DNA of 64,000 bases from assembly GCA_002269645.1 (NCBI GenBank), contig NIVC01003803.1:12146-76145 (forward strand), written 5' to 3'. This DNA comes from Macrostomum lignano. Lineage: Eukaryota. Every line of letters begins with the position of its first letter. Within the stretch, counting starts at the first letter, position 1. This document shows, in pieces, positions 1 through 11,884 of the stretch. Below the pieces are notes generated by a model that did no database searches, was not told the origin of the DNA, and saw nothing but the letters and a program-made list of their open reading frames with translations. The position numbers and the translations under genes are program-made.

Positions 1-95
1 AAGCTTCCGGGTTTGAGGCATATTGACAGGATTTTCAGAAATTTGTAAGGGTCAATTTAATAATTACATTCTGACGTAAAAACCACTTAGCTTAC

Positions 96-128
96 CTCGA
101 AGCCCAGCAAAGTGCTCGAGTCCTCCAT
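96..128 (-). CDS. CDS: Putative 33-nt microexon of CDS (MEDSSTLLGFE in phase 0)
   Basis: tgtttcag| acceptor and |GTAAGC donor bracket 33 nt with no stop codon; no recognisable homology. Confidence 0.45.
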
Positions 129-240
129 CTGAAACACAGTTAACAACAAATTTGTGATATTTGATATTTGTGATATAGTGCACCATACCTGTCTAACTAC
201 CAATCAGTTTATCTACTTATCTACGTGTTTATTTACATGT

Positions 241-503
<263 letters not shown>

Positions 504-532
504 CAACCCATCCCTCTATCTATTCATCCAAC

Positions 533-839
533 TTTAGCTACCAGAAACTCAGCGAACGGCAGCCGGAATTGCACCGGCTGAAACACCGGATGCCGGGAGC
601 AGTTTGTGTTCAATGTGTTGCCCAATTCGTCGTATTCAATCGGGCACACCATTGAGTCGAACTGGATGAGGCAGTGGCCCAGCAGGAGGCTGAACACTAT
701 GGTGGAAAATCCCCCGCCAAGGAAGCCTTCCCAGGTCTTCTTTGGCGACAGTTTAATCAGCGGGGTTCGGCCAAAGAAGAAGCCGAACACGTAGGCCATC
801 ATGTCGTTGCAGATGATCATTGCGCACGGCAGGATCACC
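533..839 (-). CDS. CDS: CDP-DAG synthase exon 5 (3' boundary uncertain, 533 or 542)
   Basis: Signature CNDMMAYVFGFFFGRTPLIKLSPKKTWEGFLGG; acag|G acceptor completes the TGG codon; both candidate donors (GTAGCT, GTTGGA) are weak. Confidence 0.85.
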
Positions 840-930
840 CTGTCTCAGTGTCAGGATGAGACAAGTGAATGTTCGGAAGCTATTCTATTGAAAAAAGCTT
901 GAAGTTTGAAAGTTGGATTTTAAATTTGAA

Positions 931-1137
931 ATTAGGATATTTAGTTAGAATTTGGGATCTTTAGTTCGAAATTGGGATCTTTAGTTCGAAATTGGAATTT
1001 TTAGTACTCGATTGGGATCTCTAGTTTTAAATTGGGATCTTTAGTTCTTAATTAAGATCTTTAGTTAAAAAATTGGGATCTTAAGTTCGGAATTGGGATC
1101 TTTAGTTCGAAATCGGGATCTTAAGTTCAAAGTTAGG
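931..1137 (+). repeat. ~20-bp minisatellite (TTGGGATCTTTAGTTCGAAA), intronic
   Basis: About 10 degenerate units, followed by a few units of the 28-bp family at 1157-1255. Confidence 0.85.
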
Positions 1138-1397
1138 ATATTTTGATCAAAATGAGGATCTGGGAGACTGGCCCAGCAACTGACACTCTGGGAGGCTGGC
1201 CTAGCAATTGAGGATATGGGAGGCTGGCCTATTGGGATATTGGGATCTTGGCTATGGAATTTACAGTTAATTCGAAATAAAGTACAACTACACGTATAAA
1301 ACTTGAACTTTCTCAACCTTAACCAACAAAATTCAATGCACTATGCTGATATTAGCATTATAAATGTGAAACAGCTGTACATCATTGCTTCACTCAC

Positions 1398-1480
1398 CAA
1401 ATAACGCCATCAAAGACGTTGCGGATCATCAGGTGAGACGAGGTGATTAAAAACAGCAGAGTGACGTGAGTCCAGCCGAA
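1398..1480 (-). CDS. CDS: CDP-DAG synthase exon 4 (absent from the ORF track)
   Basis: ccatag|TTC GGC TGG gives FGWTHVTLLFLITSSHLMIRNVFDGVIW; TG|GTGAGT donor; phase 2 fits exon 5. Confidence 0.9.
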
Positions 1481-1563
1481 CTATGGCACAAAAAATTTCC
1501 GGGTTTTTTCAAGTTCAGTTTTTATTGTTTGGTGTGTGTAAAACAAAAACAAAGTATCCTCAC

Positions 1564-1683
1564 CAGAGTGAACTGCTTCAAGTAGTGCTTCTTGACTAGA
1601 CTGACAACGAAACCCACGATACCGCCGCAGTAGAGAGAGAATGATATCAGGCGGTGGTAGGTCAGCAGCGGTTCCAGAAATTG
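1564..1683 (-). CDS. CDS: CDP-DAG synthase exon 3
   Basis: ttttttgcag|CAA acceptor; [10 protein letters not shown]...[12 protein letters not shown]; CTG|GTGAGG donor; 120 nt. Confidence 0.9.
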
Positions 1684-1817
1684 CTGCAAAAAAGAACGGA
1701 GTTGCAAAAGTTATCGTGGATGCCTACTTATAGTAGATAGGATACACGCTTGGGTTTACCTTAGTTTAAGTGATTTTCAAAATAACTTTAGAGTTCAGTT
1801 AGAAATCTAAAAAGGGC

Positions 1818-2680
1818 GTCCCAGCAACTGAAGATCTGTGAGGCTGACCCAGCAACTGAGCATCTGGGAGGCTGGCCCAGCAACTGAGCATCTGGGAGGC
1901 TGGCCCAGCAACTGACACTCTGGGAGGCTGGACCAGCAACTGAGGATCTGGGAGGCTGGCCTAGCAACTGAGGATCTGAGAGGCTGACCCAGCAACTGAG
2001 GATCTGGGAGGCTGGCCCAGCAACTGAGGAGCTGGGAGGCTGGCCTAGCAACTGAGGATTTGGGAGGCTGGTCCAGCAACTGACACTCTGGGAGGCTGGC
2101 CCAGCAACTGACACTCTGGGAAGCTGGTCCAGCAACTGACACTCTGGGAGGCTGGCCCAGCAACTGACACTCTGGGAGGCTGGACCAGCAACTGAGGATC
2201 TGGGAGGCCGGCCAGCAACTGAGGATCTGGGAGGCTGGCCTAGCAACTGAGGATCTGGGAGGCTGGCCCAGCAACTGAGGATCTGTGAGGCTGACCCAGC
2301 AACTGAGGATCTGGGAGGCTGACCCAGCAACTGAGGATCTGGGAGGCTGGCACAGCAACTGAGGATCTGGGAGGCTGACCCAGCAACTGAAGATCTGTGA
2401 GGCTGACCCAGCAACTGAGGATCTGGGAGGCTGGCATAGCAACTGAGGATCTGGGAGGCTGACCCAGCAACTGAGGATCTGGGAGGCTGGCCCAGCAACT
2501 GAGGAGCTGGGAGGCTGACCCAGCAACTGAGGATCTGGGAGGCTGGCCTAGCAACTGAGGATCTGGGAGGCTGGTCCAGCAACTGACACTCTGGGAGGCT
2601 GGTCCAGCAACTGACACTCTGGGAGACTGGCCCAGCAACTGACACTCTGGGTGGCTGGCCCAGCAGCAACTGAGGATCTG
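1818..2680 (+). repeat. 28-bp minisatellite (CCAGCAACTGAGGATCTGGGAGGCTGGC), CDS intron 2
   Basis: Period of 28 read directly (1851 to 1879); explains spurious ORFs 1788-2669. Confidence 0.95.
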
Positions 2681-2719
2681 GAATTGTGGCTGCCTGCTCT
2701 AGACAACCGCAGAACTCAC

Positions 2720-2896
2720 CTTTCGGTGTAGCAGAATCCTAAACTGGTCGATCATGCTCTCGCCGAAGAAAAAATAGTTTGAAGCAAACAGGAAGAACCA
2801 GCTCAGTACTCGAAACCAGGGCAAGTCGTGGCTCCGATAAATGGCGTGTCCAATGCCGATGATCTCCTTGAAGCAGAGCATCTGCAGCAGCAGAAT
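2720..2896 (-). CDS. CDS: CDP-DAG synthase exon 2
   Basis: ctgcag|ATT acceptor; ILLLQMLCFKEIIGIG...LPWFRVLSWFFLFASNYFFFGE; AAG|GTGAGT donor; 177 nt, phase 0. Confidence 0.9.
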
Positions 2897-3084
2897 CTGC
2901 AGGAGCAGTTAAGAATATGCATACACTTATATGTAGCATTTTCATAAATACTACTAAACTGCATATAAATTGATTCTTGACTATGGACTGCATAAAAGGT
3001 TTTGAATTTTAATTATTTTGTCTGATGATTTTAAGGCGAGAAATAATACAAAGTCTAATTTGTCTTTAAAATTGTCTTTTTAAA

Positions 3085-3147
3085 GTAAACGGCTTGAGTA
3101 ACTATCTGTGCTAATAGATAAAGAAATGCCTCGGCAGCTAAATAGTG
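3085..3147 (+). repeat. Degenerate 28S rRNA-derived fragment (R2/I-PpoI target region), copy A
   Basis: GTAAACGGCTTGAGTAACTAT-N18-AAATGCCTCGGCAGCTAAATAGTG vs recalled eukaryotic 28S GTAAACGGCGGGAGTAACTAT-GACTCTCTTAAGGTAGCC-AAATGCCTCGTCATCTAATTAGTG. Confidence 0.8.
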
Positions 3148-3171
3148 TAAAAAATTGATAAACAAATTTAC

Positions 3172-3411
3172 CAATCCAACAATGGCCAAGGGACCAAGAT
3201 AAATGATCAAACTGAACGAACTGATCATAACGAAGCTCATAATGGTTCGGATGACCCAGTTTTGCCACCGAGGCGACAGTGGGGCCAGCAATCGCTGAAG
3301 TATATTGCTGCTTTCTTCCGGCGTCGATTGTGTTGCCGCTGGGTTGCCAGGTGCATTAGAAGAAGGCGGCCTGCCATTTGCTTTCAAGTTTGAGGCTGAT
3401 TTGTCAGACAT
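3172..3411 (-). CDS. CDS: Phosphatidate cytidylyltransferase (CDP-DAG synthase), coding exon 1. Model: complement join 3411-3172, 2896-2720, 1683-1564, 1480-1398, 839-~533, possibly 128-96, then continuing beyond the window start
   Basis: ATG at 3411; RWQNWVIRTIMSFVMISSFSLIIYLGP matches the CDS1/2 N-terminal TM region; donor TTG|GTAAAT at 3171. Confidence 0.9.
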
Positions 3412-3623
3412 TTTGGTGTGTCTACATGAATTTCAATTTTATTTTTTAAAACATGATATGTAACTATTAATTGTAAGTCTTCCAGCTGGAATTCTTTGAT
3501 TAATCATATCATATGCATTAGTAACTTCATTATAAACTATAGTCTAATGCAGGTTCATATACCATGCCTGCCGAGGTTTGCCCATATTGCTTTTTTTCTG
3601 TAGCACATTTAGCCACATGGCAG

Positions 3624-3825
3624 TAGGCGCCACGGAACAGGGGGGGGGGGGGGGGGGGGCAGCTGCCCCCCTGACATTGAGTTGGGGGGGCATTGCCCCC
3701 CTTCAAATACCGTTCAACAGCATAATTTTGCTCAAATTTTTGGTCATTGTCCAAGACAGGGTCTGGGCTTGAGTTTCGGAAACTTGGTCCTGCCCCCCTG
3801 GCAAAAACTTGTTCTGCGGCGCCTG
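3624..3825. mobile_element. hAT-type MITE, 202 bp
   Basis: TIRs TAGGCGCCACGGAAC / GTTCTGCGGCGCCTG; perfect 8-bp TSD CATGGCAG at 3616-3623 and 3826-3833; G-run interior. Confidence 0.85.
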
Positions 3826-3989
3826 CATGGCAGATTTTGTCTGCATTGCCTCCCTAATGCTTAATAATTAAATCTCATTAAAGAGATTTACACAATCAAA
3901 ATGTTTCAATAGTAACTGCATAATCAAATGCATTTTTTTGGGGATGGGAATAATGCAGACAGAATCTAGCTGCCAAATGTGTTATGGGC

Positions 3990-4445
3990 AAAACTCGGCA
4001 GGCAACTTGCTTGCAGGCAATTCATTCACAGGCCAGTTGCACTGCAGGCAAATCTTGGTAGGCAATTCCTAGCGGGCAAATTTCTATGGGCAATTTGCTC
4101 ACAGGCAAAATGTATTACAGGTAAATCTTGGTAGGAAAAGCTCAGCAGGCAAATCTCTATGGGCAAATCTCTTGCAGGCAATTTGTCTGCAGGCAATTCT
4201 CATGGGCCCTGATTACTCTACCTTCCCCCCTTGGGTTTTTACCTTTCAGAATCTTCCCCTGAGTCTTTACCTTCTAAAATCTATCCCCTGGGTATTTATT
4301 CTCTAGAATCTGCTTCCTGTGTCTTTACCCTCCAGAAACCCCCCTCTAGGTCTTTACCTTCTAGAATCTGCCCTCGCAAGTCTTTAATCTCTAGAATCTG
4401 CCACTATGGGTCTTTACTCTATAGCATCTACCCCTGAGTCTTTAT
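3990..4445 (+). repeat. Two adjacent degenerate minisatellites (GGCAAAT-core, then TCTTTAC..CTAGAATC-core)
   Basis: Motifs recur about every 20-30 bp. Confidence 0.7.
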
Positions 4446-6326
4446 TATATTACATTTGTTGGCCTGCCACTTACCTTACTTTCTAGTTCCCCTATTTCTA
4501 TTCTATTCAAAAGTTTGAACTGATAATACTGTTTGTCTAGAGTTTATAAACAGCCATTAATACTAACATAATAAAATTGACAATTAAGAAAAGAAATTCC
4601 TTATTTTTAAAGCACAAAACCTTTATGAGAGAAACAATATAAAGTTACAATAAAAGTATGGGCTGGGTTATAATAATGAAGATAAAGGAAGTTTGTGGGC
4701 CACATATAAAGTTTTTGTGGGCTAGATCTGGCCCGCAGGCCAGAGGTTGCTAACCCCTGATATAAGGGATATATTCAAATTAGCATTTAACTTATGCTAA
4801 AAGACCTATTTTATTTTATTTATTATCACTATCATATCCCCTTATTTGGAGATAGAGATTAGGCAAAAATTGCCATGAGCATTATTCATTAGGGGGCCTA
4901 ATATGCCCTTGAAAGACAAGAAACTGAAAGCCTTAATTTTTTGTGATTATAGACCTAACAATTATAAACTGTTTGAAACCTACCGTTGCAATGAATATAA
5001 GCTATCTTATATTGCTTTTTCAAGTAGAATCCTTAATAAAGAAGCCTAAAAGGCTACACAGCCACTAGAAAAGTTTAAAAAGTTTAAACTGCTCAATATT
5101 TTATAATATTTTATCTGCAATGAATTTTCTAGAGTAGAATTTATTGTGTCTATTGTCTATAGCAAATTCTTTCAATAGGCTCCTATATGCACCCAAAAAG
5201 TCAAATGCACAATGTTTAGGCTTTAGCTGGCATTAGGCCCCTAGGCAAAAAAACAAGTCTTAAATGACCTATGCTTAGGCCACGTGCTTAGCATTAAGCA
5301 TAAAAATAAATAAGTACTGCTCATTATTTAAATACAATAGTCAATATATATTAATACAATAGCTAATGCATGCTAAGCCTAAGGCTAAGCCCTAAGGTAG
5401 GTCTACAAATTTTGAAATTTATAAATCATTTCAGCAACTGAAAGTTGACCTAAAAACTATGATATATATTCAGAAACAATAACAAATGGAAACTTGAAAC
5501 AATAAGCAATAGCTGATGAACTTCCTAGTTGGTAAACACGTTACAACACTGAACAGCAGGAAGCTAGCCTACGTGCCTACTTGTACAATCCAATGTGAAA
5601 CTGAAATGCAATACGACTTTTAAATTGCTTCCGGCTGGAAATTGCCGCTGACTTTGTTCGTTAAAACTAAAACATTACATAAGAAAGACATTTTTGTTCA
5701 CATTGGCTACTAAAATAACTTAAATATGCGGAAGTTAGTTTTTCAAAGTCTTAAGTAACATATTTGATTACTTTTAGGGCTAATACAAGCATTTACATTA
5801 ACGACGGTGCATGCTTGACTTTTTCGCATTGAACGGCCGAAGCCAATCCTGTAGACTGTAGGTCACTGGTCAGATCGTCATATTCCATTTCGTCATATCA
5901 GATGACGAAGTGACCAGAAGCAAAGTAGCTTGAAAATAATATGACTAAGTGACCAAATATTTAGTTATGCTTGATACTAATGCTGCAGACTGTAGACTGT
6001 AGAGCCTGTTACTGTAGATTCCTGAGAATAGAGCCTAGAAGCAGAGCTACACTCCTTTATCTACCCATGCTCCTTAAAACAGCAATGGCTACTGATGAGT
6101 GATAGCCACTGGGCCAAATTTAAATTATTATAAGTATTGAATTCAATCTTAATTATAGAGGTCAATGACAGCAAATCAGCAATGCCAATAGCTTCCACTG
6201 ACCACTACTGGCACAGTGGCACTGGCACTGCAGTCCACTACAAGTTAGTTAATTACCTGTCTAGTTGTACAATTAAAATTACTGAGTATATTTTTTACTG
6301 AGTATATTAATTAGTAAAAATTATTT

Positions 6327-6665
6327 AGGTGCGTCGTCATAGATTTTATGGTGGGGGACAAGCCAAGAATTCTACATGTACATGACTAGGCTAAATTCCT
6401 ACAGTACATTATTTTCCAAATCGGTGTTGTCAGCAATCATTTTGGTGTGGCAGGCACTCATTTTGGCGCCACAGACATATTATGGTGGCAAAATCACTCA
6501 TTTTAGCACCATAGTCACCATTTTGATGCTGTAGGCACTATATTTTTTTAGCCAGCCATGAAGCAAAATTATTGATTTCCATAATATAGGTCAACAGGTG
6601 GAGTGGGGAGACAATTAAGCATTTGCATGCTGGCCCCCATATCTTTTACTGGACATGCCCCCCCC
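6327..6665. mobile_element. Non-autonomous DNA element; same family as 11296-11884, opposite orientation
   Basis: GCGTCGTCATAGATTTTATGGTGGGGGACAA end matches the reverse complement of 11845-11880; internal CACTCATTTTGGCGCC units. Confidence 0.6.
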
Positions 6666-7391
6666 TATGTTAATAACATTTTAAATACCTTCTAGTTATG
6701 AGTTTTAAACTAAAGGGGATCAAATATTTATTTGTGTTATGTGAATTTGTAAGTATAGGCTGGCTACATCTATTGCAAAAATATACAAGCTCTTGCCTTG
6801 GTATATTTATGCCTAAGAAAATATGTTAGACCTAGACTAGATAGTAACTCCAAGTCTAGCTAATAAACATAGATATTTAATGTATTTACAACATCATAGA
6901 CTTATTATATTTATATGTACTTTATATCACCTATATGAGTGTATAGCTAAACTTATTTTAATATGCTTGATAATCTATGTTTATTCTTTTAGATAAAAAA
7001 GATGGCTTTTGTGTCAATTTACAATTTTCAGCTTATATTATAGGAGTTGATTATTTTGGGTTTAAATATAATGTTTTTAACCTCACAAAAAGTAATGATT
7101 AAGCTATAGGCCTATTAACATTTTTAATTTTAGCAATGTTATTAATAATAATGAAAATCTATACATAATATGAATGATTATTTATAAGGAAAATTTATCA
7201 CTAATAGCTATAGCTTTTATTCATCTGTTAGTCATCCATTTAAGTGAGACTACCCCATTTTCATCCATTAGTTTAATAGCTCTGCCTCTAGTTTATTACA
7301 GTTAATTTAACTAGTTAAAAACTGGTAAAAATACTCAAGCAATAACCAATCAATATTTTAATGCTTCAGCAAACAAGTCCAACAATTCAAA

Positions 7392-7988
7392 ATGGGCAAA
7401 CAAAAGAAATCTAAATCAGACAAAGATATTCACAGTCAAGGCCAGCATAAGAAAAAGAAAAAGAAGACCAAGTCAAAGAAAGAGAAACGAGATCGTGAAA
7501 AAAGAAGTGACAAACAAAAGCAGCCTCACAAGGAGTCTCTGCCATCTGATGAGTCACTGAATTCTTCAGAAGAGCTCGGCTTTGATCCAGTCAGGGACTG
7601 GCAACCAATGTTCGACAGCTTCTATGATCCTGTGATGGCTGGCAATGCAGATGGCGGTTTGGCAGCTGGACTGCACGATCGAGCTGTTCAACGAGCCCTA
7701 CTGGCTCAGGCGTACTATCGCCCAGATTCCCAGCCTCATCAGCTGCTACCACTGGGAGTTGGCAGGGAAGAAGGTGAACTAGAGCAGGATTGCGTCATCT
7801 TTGTGGGCCGGTTAGATGCGGCCACTACAGAGGCCGACCTGTGCAGTCTGTTTGAAACCTGCGGCCGTGTTGCTAACTGCAGATTGGTGCGCGACTGGGC
7901 GACAGGATTGTCAAGGCGATATGGCTTTGTGCAGTTCTGCAGAGCTGAGGATGCGCAGAGAGCTCTGCGGCGCTGCGATGGAGCCACC
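7392..7988 (+). CDS. SNRNP35: U11/U12 snRNP 35 kDa protein, exon 1 (join 7392-7988, 8616-8795)
   Basis: DWQPMFDSFYDPVMAG..HDRAVQRALLA and an RRM (IFVGRL...LVRDWATGLSRRYGFVQF) match SNRNP35; donor ACC|GTAAGA. Confidence 0.9.
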
Positions 7989-8032
7989 GTAAGACTTCTG
8001 ACAGCTGTCCAGTTATGAGCATTTGGGGCTAA

Positions 8033-8405
8033 TCAGTGTCAATAAACAGATTGATGAGCATCTCTAGGAAGCTGGTATGAGCACCAATAAACAGATTGAT
8101 GAGCATCTTCTAGGAAGCTGGTATGAGCACCAATAAACAGATTGATGAGCATCTCTAGGAAGCTAGCTGTCATGAGCACTAATAAACAGATTGATGAGCA
8201 TCTCTAGGAAGCTATCATGAGCACCAATAAACAGATTGATGAGCATCTCTAGGAAGCTAGCTGTCATGAGCACTAATAAACAGATTGATGAGCATCTCTA
8301 GGAAGCTAGCTGTCATGAGCACTAATAAACAGATTGATGAGCATCTCTAGGAAGCTAGCTGTCATGAGCACTAATAAACAGATTGATGAGAATCTCTAGG
8401 AAGTT
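8033..8405 (+). repeat. ~44-49-bp minisatellite in the SNRNP35 intron, each unit containing AATAAA
   Basis: Eight AATAAACAGATTGATGAG units at 8041, 8086, 8132, 8181, 8226, 8275, 8324, 8373. Confidence 0.95.
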
Positions 8406-8615
8406 GCTATGAAGGTCAACAAAGATGCAACGATGAGCTATCTGGGAAGCTAACTAGGATCGAAAAGAAACATTCAATAAGTATCTTTCCTGGAAATTCT
8501 AATTACTGTATGAGGTCGTTGATTTTATACTTTACTTTAAGTAGGCTAATCCGCGTTTTTTTTTCAAATTTAGCTTAGCTAATTGTTATAATAAACTCCA
8601 TGCATTACACTGTAG

Positions 8616-8795
8616 GTGCTGGGCCGACAGATTATAGTAGACCGGGAGCGCTCGTTGAGCCAGGCTGGCTGGGTGCCACGGCGGCTCGGCGGCGGCCTGG
8701 GCGGCCGGAAAGAGAGCGGCCAACTGCGGTTCGGCTGTCGGGCCAGGCCATTCCGGCGGCCTGTGGCAGCGGCCAAGACCAAGGACCGCAGTTAG
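8616..8795 (+). CDS. SNRNP35: SNRNP35 exon 2 (true frame differs from the ORF track)
   Basis: tgtag|GTG; translates [49 protein letters not shown]...TAG, the SNRNP35/U1-70K-family motif. Confidence 0.92.
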   Translation: MLGRQIIVDRERSLSQAGWVPRRLGGGLGGRKESGQLRFGCRARPFRRPVAAAKTKDRS

Positions 8796-9185
8796 AAATG
8801 TGCGCCATATCTGCTTACTGTACTACTTATGGCTTGCCACTGTGGGCCCTTGCGTTTTAATTGGAATTGCATTTTTAACTTAACTGCAGCTTTTAGCCAG
8901 TGTATTTCAAGCTTTTACGTCTATGGTAAAAATATAATTCTGTGTTTGCCGCGCGTCCACAGTGAATGCTGTTGTCTATGATAATATCTTATAAAATCGA
9001 TAATTAATATGCCTGTGCAAAAACAATAACAAGAAAAATCTATCTATAGCTAAGTCTTCATTCTTGCTTATTTTTATAATCGGCTGTCACTGACTGAAGC
9101 TGCATACAAGATTTACGAGATTAAAGCGAAGAATTCTCTGAAAGTGAAACAGGTACTTAGTTCTGTGGCTTTTCTGGCTTCTGAT

Positions 9186-9206
9186 TTGTCTGTCTGTCTG
9201 CCTGCC

Positions 9207-9267
<61 letters not shown>

Positions 9268-9298
9268 GCCTGCCTGTCTGTCTGTCTGCCTGTCTGCC

Positions 9299-9343
<45 letters not shown>

Positions 9344-9346
9344 GCC

Positions 9347-9415
<69 letters not shown>

Positions 9416-9586
9416 GCCTGCCTGTCTGTCTGTCTGTCTGTCTGTCTGCCTGTCTGTCTGTCTGTCTGTCTGCCTGCCTGTCTGTCTGCCTGTCTGCCTG
9501 TCTGCCTGTCTGTCTGTCTGCCTGTCTGTCTGTCTGTCTGTCTGTCTGCCTGCCTGTCTGTCTGTCTGTCTGTCTGTCTGTCTGCC

Positions 9587-9619
<33 letters not shown>

Positions 9620-9920
9620 GCCTGTCTGTCTGCCTGTCTGTCTTAGTGTCTGTCTTTCTGTCTGCCTGTCTGCCTGTCTGTCTGTCTGCCTGTCTGTCTG
9701 CCTGTCTGTCTTAGTGTCTGTCTTTCTGCCTGCCTGTCTGTCTGTCTGTCTGCCTGTCTGTCTGCCTGTCTGTCTGTCTGTCTGCCTGTCTGTCTGCCTG
9801 TCTGTCTGCCTGTCTGTCTGCCTGTCTGTCTGCCTGTCTGTCTGTCTGTGTGTTTGTCTGTCTGCCTGCCTGTCTGTCTGTCTGTCTGTCTGCCTGTCTG
9901 TCTGTCTGTCTGTCTGTCTG
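9186..9920 (+). repeat. (TCTG)n/(CCTG) microsatellite, probably in a 5'UTR intron of the downstream small gene
   Basis: Direct reading; donor-like CAG|GTACTT at 9153 and acceptor ccatag at 9990. Confidence 0.95.
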
Positions 9921-9992
9921 TGTATCTACATTTAGCTATGCACGTATCTCTCTATTGCAAAACATTGCTGCTGTAGAAAGCAAGCCATAGCA

Positions 9993-10220
9993 ATGGCGGA
10001 TCTGTGCCCCGGTCTGCTCTGGTCTGTGCTGTGGTTCTTCATCCTGATCCTGTTGGCCTGGCCGATCGCATTTCTAATTGCTTGGCTCTACATTCTGCTG
10101 CTGCCATTCTCAGCCTGCATCCAGCCGCTGCAGGCGGTCTGCGAGGCGTTGCTGGGCGTGGTTAAACTGTGCCTCACCTGCGCCGAGGGTATGATTGCCA
10201 TGAAGCCCCTGTGCGGCTGA
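9993..10220 (+). CDS. Uncharacterised 75-aa hydrophobic, Cys-rich small membrane protein, paralog 1
   Basis: ATG-TGA ORF in a GC-rich island; AATAAA at ~10242; 54/75 aa identical to 13788-14015 with conservative changes. Confidence 0.88.
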   Translation: MADLCPGLLWSVLWFFILILLAWPIAFLIAWLYILLLPFSACIQPLQAVCEALLGVVKLCLTCAEGMIAMKPLCG

Positions 10221-11295
10221 AGGTTACGAGTATATACATTCAATAAAAACGTCAATCAATAAAATTCATATGTAAGGTAAATCGTTTTAATCAATAGTTA
10301 TCATAATCATAAAATATATGTCCGCAGTTTATACGACGTACATAAGTTTATACATATAAAGCTTTTTGCACATAACTGTGTGAGAATCATTTCCTGTACT
10401 TTTTCGTATTTTAAATAAATTGTTTTAACTGACTATAATAGCTTTTCGTCCAATCCAAGAGTCAATTACACCAAGGGTAGGCAAAGTTTTTTACCTCTCA
10501 GCCCAGATAGATCAGGAACCTACATGTAAATATAAGCGCATGACAGCACGCCATGAGGGGGGAGAGAGGAGAGGGAATAGAGAACAGAGAGCTGAGAGCA
10601 GGAGTGGAGAGAAGGAGAGAGATGTGTTGTTACCATAGGATATCCACCCGTTGTGCCAACCGGAAACTCTATTAAATGTATAATTTTTGCAGATGTCTAA
10701 TTATCGTAGCGAGGCAGTGCTCTATTTGAAGCCGAGGGGCGGCTGGTAGCAGGGTAGCTTATATAGAAGCAATAATAGAGCAAATTGACTTTGACGACTC
10801 GGGATTTAGGACATAGAATACAATAGAATTAAGAAAGCTTGGGCTTTACCACACAATGCATGACATGTTCTTGTGATCATTTATCTAATCTAAACAAAAT
10901 AGCACGCTCAGTTTGAGAACGATATATAAAACAAGCTAAAGTTTCCGGAAAAATACATTTAGGAAAGTTATATTGCACCAGTCTATCTCAAAGTGCCTGG
11001 ACTTTGAGACAGGGAGAGACATCTCAAAGTGCCCGGACAATGCAAAGCAGCTCAAGATATCCGGGAAGGAGAAAACAAAGCAGGTTTTTTGCTTGGCAAA
11101 GTATCCGGGCGGATATTGTAAGTGCGTTCGAATATCTGGGCCAGACAAAAAAACCCCAGATAGTATAAAGTGTAACACTGGCAATAATGAATGAAATCCG
11201 GACACACAGCAGTTAATTGTTTCTGAAGTCGCGCACAAACATGGAAAGGAATACCGATAGCCAAATAAAAGTTCTGTTGCATTGTGGATGGACCA

Positions 11296-11884
11296 GGCGC
11301 GTCGCCACCGAAGGGGACAGGGGAAGGACATGTCCCCCCAGTAAAAGCTATGGAGGGACATGCCATTGCTTTGTTCCCCCCCACCCCACCATGTGACCCA
11401 CTGTGTCAATCAATAAGTTTTCTTCCAGGCGCCAAAATATAGCGCCTTCGGTGCCAAAATGAGTGCCAGCGGCGCCAAAATGAGTGCCAGCGGCGCCAAA
11501 ATCAGTGCCAGCGGCGCCAAAATGAGTGCCAGCGGCGCCAAAATCAGTGCCAGCGGCGCCAAAATGAGTGCCAGCGGCGCCAAAATCAGTGCCAGCGGCG
11601 CCAAAATGAGTGCCAGCGGTGCCAAAATCAGTGCCAGCGGCGCCAAAATGAGTGCCAGCGGCGCCAAAATCAGTGCCAGCGGCGCCAAAATCAGTGCCAG
11701 CGGCGCCAAAATCAATGCCTGCGGCGCTAAAATGGTGGCTGCGCGCGGCGCCAAAATAATCGCTGACAGCACTATTCTGAAACAAATGTACATGTAGGAA
11801 TTTACTTATGTACATGTACAATACGCGTATGCATAATTCTTGGCTTTGTCCCCCCACCAAAAATCCCATTGCGACGCCTCTGCA
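11296..11884. mobile_element. Non-autonomous DNA element with an internal 21-bp tandem array (GGCGCCAAAATGAGTGCCAGC, 11440-11760)
   Basis: GCGTCGC/GCGACGC termini with GGGGAC subterminal motifs; family copy at 6327. Confidence 0.65.

Noticed and set aside
1788-2669. Long ORFs on both strands
   Set aside because: Stop-free 28-bp minisatellite in CDS intron 2
8033-8405. C/D snoRNA cluster (TGATGA in each unit)
   Set aside because: No D boxes (CTGA) or terminal stems; simple tandem repeat
8600-8860. 86-aa ORF from the track
   Set aside because: Wrong frame; the real SNRNP35 exon is 8616-8795
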